Positions 17,702 through 26,533 of a stretch of 64,000 nt of DNA are shown here, piece after piece. Position 1 is the first letter of the stretch; the number at the start of each line of letters is the position of its first letter. A program made the translations under genes and the position numbers. Source of the DNA: Chloroflexota bacterium (GTDB lineage Bacteria; Chloroflexota; Dehalococcoidia; Bin125); NCBI GenBank assembly GCA_009838735.1, contig VXQZ01000033.1:50826-114825 (forward strand), given 5' to 3'. The notes beneath the pieces are model-generated. The model was not told the DNA's origin. It ran no database searches and was given only the letters and a program-made list of their open reading frames with translations.

Positions 17702-18109
17702 TTAGCCGAATGCAATGAGCAACCCTGAGACGAGCACCGTGGCGGAGAATCCCAGGCCGACGACTCCGATCACCCAACCGCGCAATTTTGCATCTCGTTC
17801 TTCTTGGTCTCGCGCGCGCTGGCGCTCACGTTCATCCCGTTCCCGCTCCCGCACATTGTTCTCTTCTCGGAAATCACTGATTTCCTTGCGAACATCGGCC
17901 ATGAACTGCGCTTGCTGAGCTGCAATCTCCGCTCGCTCAATCCGCCATTGTTCGATCAGCGCCTCCAGCGTGTCCTTACGCGCCAGCGGCTCCATGGCTT
18001 CATCGAGCAGTTCATCCGCGAAAACTGCGAGAGGCTCGGCCATCGATTCCGGGCAAAGGTGTTGGGTGATCAGCGAGTCACGTGTCTTGAGAACGTCGAT
18101 CGATGCCAT
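17702..18109 (-). CDS. DUF1640-like coiled-coil protein with C-terminal TM helix (paralogue 2, longer)
   Basis: 135 aa from the internal ATG (MASIDV) with GAGG RBS; Glu/Arg-rich coiled coil; C-terminal KLRGWVIGVVGLGFSATVLVSGLLIAFG. Confidence 0.55.
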   Translation of the reverse strand: MASIDVLKTRDSLITQHLCPESMAEPLAVFADELLDEAMEPLARKDTLEALIEQWRIERAEIAAQQAQFMADVRKEISDFREENNVRERERDERERQRARDQEERDAKLRGWVIGVVGLGFSATVLVSGLLIAFG

Positions 18110-18260
18110 AGGTTTCCTCGACCTGCTCACGAACGACTTCAACCACCTGGTCGGCCTTGTCTTCTTGTACCCACCCTCGCGCGATCGCTTCTCGCCTGAA
18201 GCGCGCGAGCGTCTCTTCAACCAGGCGCTCGGGCAGCGGACCGTCCACACGTCGCATCAC
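18078..18260 (-). CDS. Possible small (60 aa) charged helical protein overlapping the start of the previous gene
   Basis: ORF-track entry MMRRVDGPLPERLVEETLARFRREAIARGWVQEDKADQVVEVVREQVEETYGIDRRSQDT; overlaps 17702-18109 by about 30 nt in another frame; coding status unresolved. Confidence 0.3.
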   Translation of the reverse strand: MMRRVDGPLPERLVEETLARFRREAIARGWVQEDKADQVVEVVREQVEETYGIDRRSQDT

Positions 18261-18279
18261 GTGCTCCTACAAACTCATC

Positions 18280-20262
18280 TTAGTGCGCCGACGACGCCCC
18301 CTCGATGATCTCCTCGACCACGTGAGGCTCCGCCAACGTCGTCACATCGCCGACGTTTTCCGGCTCGCCCTCCGCGACCTTGCGCAAAATCCGACGCATG
18401 ATCTTCCCCGACCGCGTCTTCGGCAACCCGCCGACGAACTGGATCCGGTCGGGCGTCGCGATCGGACTGATCTCCGCCCGCACCTGTCGCTTCAGCTCGA
18501 CCGCCAGGTCAGGTCCGGGGTCGAAACCGTCCTTGAGCAGCACGTAGGCGTAGATGCCCTCGCCCTTGATCTCATGCGGATAGCCGACGACCGCCGCCTC
18601 AGCGCAACCGGCATGGCCGACGAGGGCGCCTTCAATCTCCGCCGTGCCCAGCCGGTGGCCCGAGACGTTGAGCACATCGTCCACCCGGCCGGTCAGCCAG
18701 TAGTAGCCGTCGTGGTCGCGGAATGAGCCGTCGCCGGTGAAGTACTTGCCCGGATACTGGACGAAGTACGTGTTGATGAATCGCTCGTGGTCCCCATAGA
18801 CCGTGCGCATCATCCCCGGCCAGCTCCGAGCCATGCAGAGCAGCCCGCTCTGCTGATTCCCCTCAAGCTCGTTGCCGTCCGGATCGACTAGCACCGGCTC
18901 GATGCCGAAGAACGGCAGTGAGGCCGAACCGGGCTTCATGTCGTTGGCGCCGGCCAGACCGGTCAGAATGTGCCCGCCCGTCTCGGTCTGCCAGTAGGTG
19001 TCCACGATCGAGCAGTGCCCGTCCCCGACGATTCCGTGATACCAGCGCCAGGCCTCGGGATTAATCGGCTCGCCGACGGTGCCGAGCACACGCAGGCTGG
19101 TCCGCTCGTGGACCTTGACCCACTCGTCGCCCTCGCGCATCAGGGCGCGGATCGCCGTCGGCGCGGTATAGAGGATGTTGATCCCCAGCCGATCGACCAT
19201 GTCCCAGTAGCGTCCCGCGTCGGGATAGGTCGGAATCGACTCAAACATCACCGAGGTCGCCCCGTTGCCCAGCGGTCCGTAGACGATGTAGCTGTGCCCG
19301 GTGATCCAGCCGACGTCGGCCGCGCAGCAGTAGATGTCGCCCTCGCGGTAATCGAACGTGTAGCGATGGCTCAGCATGGTGAACAGCAGGTACCCGGCCT
19401 GCGTGTGCAGCACGCCCTTGGGTTTCCCCGTCGACCCCGACGTGTACAGGATGAACAGCGGATCCTCGGCGTCGAGAATCTCGGGCTCGCACTCTTCCGA
19501 CTGGTGAGCAACGGTCTCGTGCCACCAGACGTCGCGGCCGTCCGTCATCGTCACGTCGCCGCCGGTGTGCTGATGGCAGATGACGAACTCGACGCAGTCG
19601 ACGCCGGCAGCGTCAAGCTGGTCCATCGCCGCGTCAACGTTGGCCTTGAGTGGCACCGTCCGCCCGCCGCGCTTGCCCTCGTCCTGCGTGATCACGGCCT
19701 TGCAGAGCGAATCCTCGACTCGGTCGGCGATCGCCGTCGCCGAGAATCCACCGAAGATCACCGAGTGAATCGCGCCAATCCGAGCGCAGGCCAGCATCGC
19801 CGCCACGACCTCAGGAGTCATCCCCATGTAGATCGCGACCCGGTCGCCCTTGCCGACGCCGCGGCTACGAAGCTCATTCGCCAGCCGGCAGACCTCGGCG
19901 TGCAGTTCGCGGTACGAAATCGACTCGTTGTCCGCCGGCTCGTCGCCCTCCCACAGGATCGCCGTCTGGTCGCCGCGCTCTGCCAGGTGCCGGTCGAGAC
20001 AGTTGACGGACACATTCAGCTTCGCCCCAAGGAACCAGGCGATCTTGCCCTCAGCCAGGTTCTCCTCGCTCAGCGTGTGCCACGGCTCGACCAGATCGAG
20101 ATGTTCATTCGCCATCTCCGTCCAGAAGGCGTCCGGCTCGTCCAGCGATCGCCGCCACAGCGCTTCATAACCCTCGCGCGACACAACCAGCGCGCCCTCG
20201 CGCACATTGTCAGGCGGCGAGTACGTCTCGTTGACCGGCATGGCAGCGTCTGGGGTAGTCAT
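18280..20262 (-). CDS. acs: Acetyl-CoA synthetase (AMP-forming), acetate--CoA ligase
   Basis: 660 aa with the canonical Acs N-terminus and AMP-binding motifs ([11 protein letters not shown]). Confidence 0.95.
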   Translation of the reverse strand: MTTPDAAMPVNETYSPPDNVREGALVVSREGYEALWRRSLDEPDAFWTEMANEHLDLVEPWHTLSEENLAEGKIAWFLGAKLNVSVNCLDRHLAERGDQTAILWEGDEPADNESISYRELHAEVCRLANELRSRGVGKGDRVAIYMGMTPEVVAAMLACARIGAIHSVIFGGFSATAIADRVEDSLCKAVITQDEGKRGGRTVPLKANVDAAMDQLDAAGVDCVEFVICHQHTGGDVTMTDGRDVWWHETVAHQSEECEPEILDAEDPLFILYTSGSTGKPKGVLHTQAGYLLFTMLSHRYTFDYREGDIYCCAADVGWITGHSYIVYGPLGNGATSVMFESIPTYPDAGRYWDMVDRLGINILYTAPTAIRALMREGDEWVKVHERTSLRVLGTVGEPINPEAWRWYHGIVGDGHCSIVDTYWQTETGGHILTGLAGANDMKPGSASLPFFGIEPVLVDPDGNELEGNQQSGLLCMARSWPGMMRTVYGDHERFINTYFVQYPGKYFTGDGSFRDHDGYYWLTGRVDDVLNVSGHRLGTAEIEGALVGHAGCAEAAVVGYPHEIKGEGIYAYVLLKDGFDPGPDLAVELKRQVRAEISPIATPDRIQFVGGLPKTRSGKIMRRILRKVAEGEPENVGDVTTLAEPHVVEEIIEGASSAH

Positions 20263-20384
20263 GTCAGCATCCTCGTCTACACAGGCGAAGTCGTCATGCC
20301 AAAAATCCTAACGCGCCCCGACATTCCCCGTCCCCTCCATCGAGCGGGGACCAGCTCCGCGCCGAACGCCTTCCTCACCCGTAA

Positions 20385-20432
20385 CCGTCATTCCCGCGCC
20401 CTCTCCGTCATTCCCGCGCCCGGCGCGGGAAT
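20385..20432. promoter_or_regulatory. Two direct copies of ccgtcattcccgcgccc followed by the inverted copy ggcgcgggaat, forming an ~11-bp-arm palindrome
   Basis: Read in sequence upstream of acs (minus strand) and just downstream of the stop of 20509-20790; could be an operator or a terminator. Confidence 0.5.
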
Positions 20433-20508
20433 CTCGCCCCATTCCGCAGAGACGACAAATCATCCGACTTGGCCACTGACGCAAATCGTGGCCCGACAGC
20501 TTGGACCC

Positions 20509-20790
20509 TTATCCTCCCCGAGCGAGCAGCGCACCCAGGGTCGCCAGCACCGCCGCGAACCCGATCCCGATCCCCCACATCAACAGCTTCAGCTTCGCGT
20601 CCACGTCGGCCCGCAAATCGTCGATCCGGCCATTGACCTCAGAACGCAGATCACCCATTCGTTCGTTGATGTCACCCATTCGTTCGTTGAAGTCGGAACG
20701 CAGATCGTCGATGCGCTGGTCTATTCGCGTGAGCGCATCACTCACACCAACATTCCCATCCACTTCGCCCGAGCGCTCACTCGACACCAT
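20509..20790 (-). CDS. DUF1640-like coiled-coil protein with C-terminal TM helix (paralogue 3)
   Basis: 93 aa; tandem heptad-like NERMGDINERMGD encoded by a 21-nt tandem DNA repeat at 20650-20691; C-terminal KLLMWGIGIGFAAVLATLGALLA. Confidence 0.6.
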   Translation of the reverse strand: MVSSERSGEVDGNVGVSDALTRIDQRIDDLRSDFNERMGDINERMGDLRSEVNGRIDDLRADVDAKLKLLMWGIGIGFAAVLATLGALLARGG

Positions 20791-20862
20791 GCGGACCTCC
20801 CGACATCATTCAACGCTCGCGATGCAACCACAGTGTAGCTTTCCACCGGTCACCATGCACCC

Positions 20863-21117
20863 TCACCGCCCATCACCCGACCCGCCGGGAACCAGCCCGT
20901 CATCCGACAGCGCGTCCGCCGTCATCTCCAACACTCCGAACCAGAACGCCGCCGTCGACCCTGGAAAGTCGTGAATCAACTCCCGGATCAGACTCCGCCC
21001 GTCAGGCATGTCGCCATAGGCCAGCATGATCACGATCAGCGAGTCCACCGCCTCGCGATAAATCTTCTCAACCTCCGCTTGCTCCTGTAGATCCTCCAGG
21101 TTGCGCAGCTCCGACAT
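20863..21117 (-). CDS. Hypothetical small protein (84 aa)
   Basis: Strong GAGAGGAG RBS; co-directional and immediately upstream of the DUF1640-like gene; no domain recognised. Confidence 0.5.
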   Translation of the reverse strand: MSELRNLEDLQEQAEVEKIYREAVDSLIVIMLAYGDMPDGRSLIRELIHDFPGSTAAFWFGVLEMTADALSDDGLVPGGSGDGR

Positions 21118-21248
21118 CCGACGCTCCTCTCTTATGCAGCGTGCCCTCGGCCAACGGACGTTCGCCCCGACACACTTGGCTCTCCATTCAGAACATATTC
21201 ACTATATGGTAAGGCGAACATCTGTGCTCTCCGTGAAAGGAAACAACG

Positions 21249-21965
21249 ATGCAGATCTCACCCCGACGACGACAACGCGCCCTCAGAGTCCACGAGCTGC
21301 GACAGAGAGGACGTTCGCTACGCAACATCGGCAAACAACTCGACATCTCTCACTCCACGGTGCTCGCCGATCTCAAGCTGATCGAAACGCGCTGGAGCGA
21401 GCTCACGCGGCAATCCACCGACGACTTCCAGCTCGAACAACTCGCCCTGATGCAGCGGCGCCTGCGCATGCTCCTCCGGCGCGACCTGCTCAAGGAGTTC
21501 GGGCGGCTCAGTCCCATCGACTTCGTCCGCATCCACGAGGCCCACAACCAGGAGCTCGCCATCCTCCTCCGCGAGACGCGGCGACTCGCCGCTGAGCTCC
21601 GCGAACGAGCCGATCTCCGTGATCTCGATCCCGCCGAGCTCCCTCCGGAACTCGACTTCCCCGAGGAAGAACTGGTCTCGGCTCTCAAATCGACAAGACC
21701 GGCGAAATCGACCGAGTCGGCCAGAGCCGCAAGGGCAGGAGAGCCGACCACCACTCACCACGGCCTGCCAAAATCTTCCAAACCCAACCACTTCAACCAC
21801 CCAATTCCCCGCAAAACACTGGAAATCGCGTCATCGACCGCGCCAGAAAAAATCTCCAACCAACCGCCCGCGGACCTCACCCCCGAACAGCTCAACCAAC
21901 AAGCCGAGACCTTCCTCCGCAACTACAACAGACAGGAGCTCCAACCCACCGCCGCCGGCGGCTAG
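21249..21965 (+). CDS. HTH DNA-binding protein with long Pro/Ser/Thr-rich disordered C-terminal tail
   Basis: N-terminal LRVHELRQRGRSLRNIGKQLDISHSTVLADLKLI (sigma-70 region-4 or IS-type HTH-like); AGGAAA RBS; AT-rich promoter-like region at 21118-21248. Confidence 0.6.
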   Translation: MQISPRRRQRALRVHELRQRGRSLRNIGKQLDISHSTVLADLKLIETRWSELTRQSTDDFQLEQLALMQRRLRMLLRRDLLKEFGRLSPIDFVRIHEAHNQELAILLRETRRLAAELRERADLRDLDPAELPPELDFPEEELVSALKSTRPAKSTESARAARAGEPTTTHHGLPKSSKPNHFNHPIPRKTLEIASSTAPEKISNQPPADLTPEQLNQQAETFLRNYNRQELQPTAAGG

Positions 21966-22016
21966 GTGCGGGACCTACCGGCCGCGCAACATGCGCTAAC
22001 CCTCTCTATCTTCTTC

Positions 22017-22058
22017 GCTCCCCCTCGCAGGGGGAGCTGCCGAAGGCTGAGGGGTCCC
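22017..22058. repeat. Single copy of the family-A GC-rich palindromic repeat unit
   Basis: gctccccctcgcagggggagctgccgaaggctgaggggtccc, near-identical to the units at 16378-16502. Confidence 0.75.
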
Positions 22059-22212
22059 GTTCCCGCCGAACGAACGCGTCGTTGTACCCGCCTTCCCTCT
22101 CCCGTCCACTCTTGTTCCGAGAGCGTGTTTGCTCCCTCGTAGCCTGCCCCCCACCCGACGCGGTGATACGATGCGCAACAGGGCACACAGAGCCGAGTCG
22201 AGAGGTCCCACG

Positions 22213-22557
22213 ATGGCGCAGCAGGAACCGTTTCAGCGAATCTCCGTGGAGCAAGCGGAAGAGAAGCGACAGGCCGGCGTAACCCTGGTCGACACCCGCG
22301 AACTGGACGAGTACCAGGATGGCCACGCCGCCGGCGCCCCACTGATGCCGCACATGTCCGTCATGACCCGCGCCGACGAACTCGAGCAGATCGCCGGCGG
22401 CAAGGACGAACCGATCATGTTCATCTGCGCCAAGGGCCAGCGCTCCGCCGTCGCCTGCGAGTTCGCCGCCGCGCTCGGCTTCACCGACCTCTACAACGTC
22501 GAGGGCGGCACCGACGCCTGGATCGCCGCCGGCTTGCCGATCGAGCATCCCGCCTGA
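22213..22557 (+). CDS. Single-domain rhodanese-like protein
   Basis: 114 aa from the ATG preceded by GAGAGG; active-site loop FICAKGQRS. Confidence 0.8.
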   Translation: MAQQEPFQRISVEQAEEKRQAGVTLVDTRELDEYQDGHAAGAPLMPHMSVMTRADELEQIAGGKDEPIMFICAKGQRSAVACEFAAALGFTDLYNVEGGTDAWIAAGLPIEHPA

Positions 22558-22596
22558 CGTGCGCCCGACGAGCCGCGCCGCGAGCGGTCCACACCA

Positions 22597-23175
22597 ATGC
22601 TGAGCGGATTAAGCGGCACCCAGCGCTACGCGCTGTTCGTCCTCCTGGTCGTGATCGTGGTCGTCATCTACCTCTTCGTCTCCGGCGGACTTGGCGATCT
22701 GATCGGCGGCGATGACGAGGACCAACAGGTCACCGAAGAGCCGACCAGCGCCCCGGAGGCCCTGAGAACCGTCGCCGTCGAGTTCGGCGAGTCCCAACAG
22801 GTCGGCCCGGTCGAGGTCTCCATCATCGGCCTCACCTTCCCCGACCAGATCCGCGCCGAGGGCCTCTGGCGAACGCCGGCCCAGCGCTTTGCCGCCGTCC
22901 ATCTGACCATGACCAACCGCTCCAAGCAGGCCGTCGAACTGCCCCTCGATGGACTCCAACTCGTCACCGTTGACGGACGCGCCTACCTCGCCGATGCCGC
23001 CCTCTCCCTCGGCCACGCCCGAGCCGCCGAGTCGGTCGCATACTCACCGCCGTTAATCCTTCAGCCCCAGCTCACGATCACCGTCGTCGCCGTCTATGAC
23101 ATCCCCCTCGACGCCTCCGGCCTCCAACTCCGCGTCCGCGGCGGCTGGACCGACTTCGCCCTGTTCGAAGAATGA
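22597..23175 (+). CDS. DUF4352 domain-containing membrane-anchored protein
   Basis: N-terminal TM helix, acidic linker, then a beta-rich domain matching the DUF4352 pattern (recalled). Confidence 0.6.
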   Translation: MLSGLSGTQRYALFVLLVVIVVVIYLFVSGGLGDLIGGDDEDQQVTEEPTSAPEALRTVAVEFGESQQVGPVEVSIIGLTFPDQIRAEGLWRTPAQRFAAVHLTMTNRSKQAVELPLDGLQLVTVDGRAYLADAALSLGHARAAESVAYSPPLILQPQLTITVVAVYDIPLDASGLQLRVRGGWTDFALFEE

Positions 23176-23182
23176 ACCAGCG

Positions 23183-23848
23183 ATGACCATCCTCATGTTC
23201 GACATCGACGGCACCCTCTCCCTCTCGCAGGGCGCCGGCACCCTGGCGATGACCCGGACCTTCAAGGAACTCTGGGGCATCAGCAACGCCCTGGAAGGGA
23301 TGAACTTCGCCGGCCGATCCGATAGCTGGATCGTTCCCACCGCGCTCGCCAACCAGGGCCGCGAGTGCTCCCCCGAGGACCTCGCCCGCTTCATCGACCA
23401 TTACGTGCCGCAACTGGACCGGGCGCTGCCGCGACGTCGGTCGCGGCTCTGCCCGGGAGTGTCGGAGCTGTTGGACGTCCTCAGCCGCCTGACCGTCACG
23501 GTCGGCCTCGGGACCGGCAACTTCCGCCGCGCCGCCGAGGCCAAGCTCGCCCCACTCGGCGTCTGGGACTACTTCATCGACGGCGGATTCGGCGACGACC
23601 ATCCCGACCGTACCGAACTGCTCGCCGCCGGCCTCGAACGCCTCAGGCAACACGCCGACGACGGCTCCGACGTCGTCGTGATCGGAGACACCGCTCACGA
23701 CATAGAGGCCGGCCACGCGATCGGCGCGCGAGTCGTCGCCGTCAGAACCGGCTACTCGGAACCGGGCGACCTCGATGAGGCCGACGTCACACTCGACGAC
23801 CTGTCCGACCTGCAGGAGTCCCTGGCCGCGTTGCTGGGAGTAGCCTGA
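23183..23848 (+). CDS. HAD-superfamily hydrolase (phosphoglycolate-phosphatase-like)
   Basis: Begins MTILMFDIDGTL (HAD motif I); later GDTAHDIEAG (motif III). Confidence 0.85.
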   Translation: MTILMFDIDGTLSLSQGAGTLAMTRTFKELWGISNALEGMNFAGRSDSWIVPTALANQGRECSPEDLARFIDHYVPQLDRALPRRRSRLCPGVSELLDVLSRLTVTVGLGTGNFRRAAEAKLAPLGVWDYFIDGGFGDDHPDRTELLAAGLERLRQHADDGSDVVVIGDTAHDIEAGHAIGARVVAVRTGYSEPGDLDEADVTLDDLSDLQESLAALLGVA

Positions 23849-23852
23849 GCTC

Positions 23853-24521
23853 ATGTCAACCGGGCTGATCGTCGGCATCATCATCATCCTGCTCGTGGTC
23901 GGCGTGCCAATCTTGCAGGCGCTCATCCGCGGCGCTCAGCGCCGCCGATCGCTGGCCGCCGAAGGCGTCCCCGCCTTGCGCGACGCCGGACTGCGACCCG
24001 AAGAACTGCCCTCTGGCCTGTCCCGTCAGACCGCCGAGGCCGTCACCTCCGAGGACATCGCGCTGGCCGACGACAACCCGGAAGCCACGATCACCCAGCT
24101 CGACGACGCAGGCCGGATCATCGGCTATCGCGAGAGTTTCCGCGAGCCGCGATCCTGGGGCGAATTCATGGACTGGGTCCTGGCCCAGTCAATCTTCCGC
24201 AACCGGCAACATCGCCGGGTCGAAGTCGAACTGACCAGATACGACTCGTCTGAGCACGCCAATGAGGCGCTGCAGGCCGATCCACCCTCAGACCTCGGCG
24301 ATGCAGGCGTCAGCGTCGAAGACGCTGGTGAGCGTGGCGGACTCATGGCGCGCGAATGGATCCGCACAGAGCACGGCGACACGGTGCAGCGCATGCTGGA
24401 GTTGCGCTGGGCCTCCGGCGATGTGCTCGGCGTCGTCCGTGGCGACTCTGAGCCCTCCGGAGCGCTCGACGATGAGGAAGTGCGTCGCCTCGCCGGGTTG
24501 GTCAAGGCCCGCCTCGGATGA
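23853..24521 (+). CDS. Hypothetical membrane-anchored protein
   Basis: 222 aa; N-terminal TM (GLIVGIIIILLVVGVPIL); no domain recognised. Confidence 0.5.
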   Translation: MSTGLIVGIIIILLVVGVPILQALIRGAQRRRSLAAEGVPALRDAGLRPEELPSGLSRQTAEAVTSEDIALADDNPEATITQLDDAGRIIGYRESFREPRSWGEFMDWVLAQSIFRNRQHRRVEVELTRYDSSEHANEALQADPPSDLGDAGVSVEDAGERGGLMAREWIRTEHGDTVQRMLELRWASGDVLGVVRGDSEPSGALDDEEVRRLAGLVKARLG

Positions 24522-24991
24522 ACGCTGAGCAACGCGATGAACTCCTTGCCCGCTACCGTGCGGCGCCGAAGCTGTTGGCCGACTCGGTCGCCGGATCATC
24601 AATCGCCCAGCTCGACGGCGCGCCGCCCGAGCCAGGCTGGACCGCGCGCGAGAACGTGCATCACGTGTCCGACATCGCAATCATGGCCGGTCTGCGCCTC
24701 CGCCTAATGCTGCTCGACATCGAGGTCGAAATGTGGCCGATCGACGGCGACACCATGCAGAAGCGGCTACGCAACGACCAGCGGCCGATCGGTCCGGCGC
24801 TGAGGACGGTGGACGGGTTGGTCGAGTCGGCCTGCTCGATCCTCGGCTCTCTAAGCGAAGAAGAGTGGACCCAGCCGCGTCCCATGCCGGTGGCCCGATC
24901 CCGTAGCGTCGAGGAATGGCTTGAAGCCAGCGTGCGGCACATCGAACAACACGTCGATCAGATCCGCTACGCCCTCACCGGCACCTGCTAG
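24518..24991 (+). CDS. DinB_2 (DinB/YfiT-like four-helix-bundle metal-dependent) family protein, copy 1
   Basis: 157 aa; conserved His positions (HHVSD ... HIEQH) typical of DinB_2. Confidence 0.65.
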   Translation: MNAEQRDELLARYRAAPKLLADSVAGSSIAQLDGAPPEPGWTARENVHHVSDIAIMAGLRLRLMLLDIEVEMWPIDGDTMQKRLRNDQRPIGPALRTVDGLVESACSILGSLSEEEWTQPRPMPVARSRSVEEWLEASVRHIEQHVDQIRYALTGTC

Positions 24992-25001
24992 GACGTGCCA
25001 G

Positions 25002-25478
25002 ATGAGCCAACATCCCGCCGAACGTCCAGAACTGTTGGTTGCGTACCTCGAGTCGACCTCCGACATCGAACTCGTGCTCGGGGAACTGTCCGAGGATCAG
25101 TTGGAGTCGCGCGAACGCCCGGGTGAGTGGTCGGTCCGCCAGATCGTCCATCACCTCGCCGACAGCGAAGTCGCCGACGCCATGCGCCTGCGCCAGATGC
25201 TCGCCCATGACTCGCCCCTCATCGTCCCCTTCGACGAACTGCTCTTCACCGAGCGGTTGCACTATGACCGCGAGATCGAATCCTCGGTAGCGACCTTCTT
25301 CGCGCTGCGCGCCTCCAGCGGCGCGATCCTCGAACAGATCTCGGACAACGACTGGTCGCGCTCCGGCCGCCACGAGGAGCACGATCGCTACACGGTTGAG
25401 ATCCTGGTCCAGAAGAACATCGAGCACGACCACGCCCATCTGGAGCAAATCCGGCGGGCGCTGGCGTCAGCGGATTGA
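25002..25478 (+). CDS. DinB_2 family protein, copy 2
   Basis: 158 aa from the internal ATG; VRQIVHHLADSE ... EHDHAHLEQI. Confidence 0.65.
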   Translation: MSQHPAERPELLVAYLESTSDIELVLGELSEDQLESRERPGEWSVRQIVHHLADSEVADAMRLRQMLAHDSPLIVPFDELLFTERLHYDREIESSVATFFALRASSGAILEQISDNDWSRSGRHEEHDRYTVEILVQKNIEHDHAHLEQIRRALASAD

Positions 25479-25504
25479 CAACGACGGAGAATCGGAGACC
25501 GATC

Positions 25505-26083
25505 ATGGCCACGCCGCCGACCTACACGCCGGACGATGTCGAGGCGCTGCTTGCGAAGATGGCCCTGGAGCGCGGCAAGCTAATCACCGCCGCCGAGGGG
25601 CTGCGCGGCGATGACGCCGACCGCGTGCCCGTCGACGCCGTCGGCGAGGAACAGTGGACGGCCAAGGAGCAGCTCGCCCATCTGATGGAAATGGAGCGCG
25701 GCTACATCTCCTGGTGCCGAGCCGCGCTGGTCGAGAGCGGCGCCGACGTCAGCGCCGTCCGCGGCATTCCCGTCGACGTTCCGATTGAGCATGCGCCTGA
25801 CCACACTGTCCGCGAGCTGTTGGACACGTTGATCGAGGAACGCGAGCGGACCAACCACTTCATCCGCTCACTCCTGCTGCAACAGTTCTCTCACACTGCT
25901 GTCACGCCCGGCTTCGGCGAGCTGACAGTAATGCAGTATCTGCGCTCCTTCTACCGCCACGACCGGCAGCACACGGCCCAGATCGAGGGTCGGCAGTCGG
26001 ACTACCAGCCGAACTTCGCCTCGGGCGTTGAGCCAAATCAGCGGCAGATGCGCATTGACCAGGTGGCTCAGCGGGCTGAGTGA
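25505..26083 (+). CDS. DinB_2 family protein, copy 3
   Basis: 192 aa from the ATG preceded by GGAGA; EQLAHLMEME ... DRQHTAQI. Confidence 0.6.
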   Translation: MATPPTYTPDDVEALLAKMALERGKLITAAEGLRGDDADRVPVDAVGEEQWTAKEQLAHLMEMERGYISWCRAALVESGADVSAVRGIPVDVPIEHAPDHTVRELLDTLIEERERTNHFIRSLLLQQFSHTAVTPGFGELTVMQYLRSFYRHDRQHTAQIEGRQSDYQPNFASGVEPNQRQMRIDQVAQRAE

Positions 26084-26101
26084 TCGGAGTAGCATCGGCC
26101 C

Positions 26102-26527
26102 ATGACAGAACCAGAAGAGGAAGTCGTGCAACCGGACTCGGTGACCGACTGGGCCGAGTGGGGTCGCCAGCGTGGAGGTCGCTGGGGCAAGGAGTTCAGC
26201 GGCAAGGCTCAGAACTGGCGCAGCGAGGCCTGGTCCTGGAGCCATCCGCAGGACCGGCCCACAGGGCCCTGGTGGAGCCGCCTGATCTGGGGCATCGTCG
26301 GGTTTCCGGTCTACCTGCTTGGCAGCGTCGTCTTCCTCGGACTGGTCATCGTCGGCGCTGCCGCCGCCCTGTTGGGCGGAGCAATGCTGGTCTGGTTCGC
26401 CTGTGGAGCCGGTGGCGCCGCCTTCGCATCGCGTAGAGGCTGGCCCGGACAACTGGGCGGACTCCTGGGCTTCGCGCTCGGACCGATCGGCCTGCTGATC
26501 ATCCGCCGACTGCCGGAGCGGGCATGA
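26102..26527 (+). CDS. Hypothetical membrane protein (Trp-rich N-terminus, two TM helices)
   Basis: 141 aa; hydrophobic segments VGFPVYLLGSVVFLGLVIVGAAAALLGGAMLVWFA and LGGLLGFALGPIGLLII. Confidence 0.5.
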   Translation: MTEPEEEVVQPDSVTDWAEWGRQRGGRWGKEFSGKAQNWRSEAWSWSHPQDRPTGPWWSRLIWGIVGFPVYLLGSVVFLGLVIVGAAAALLGGAMLVWFACGAGGAAFASRRGWPGQLGGLLGFALGPIGLLIIRRLPERA

Positions 26528-26533
26528 TGACCG

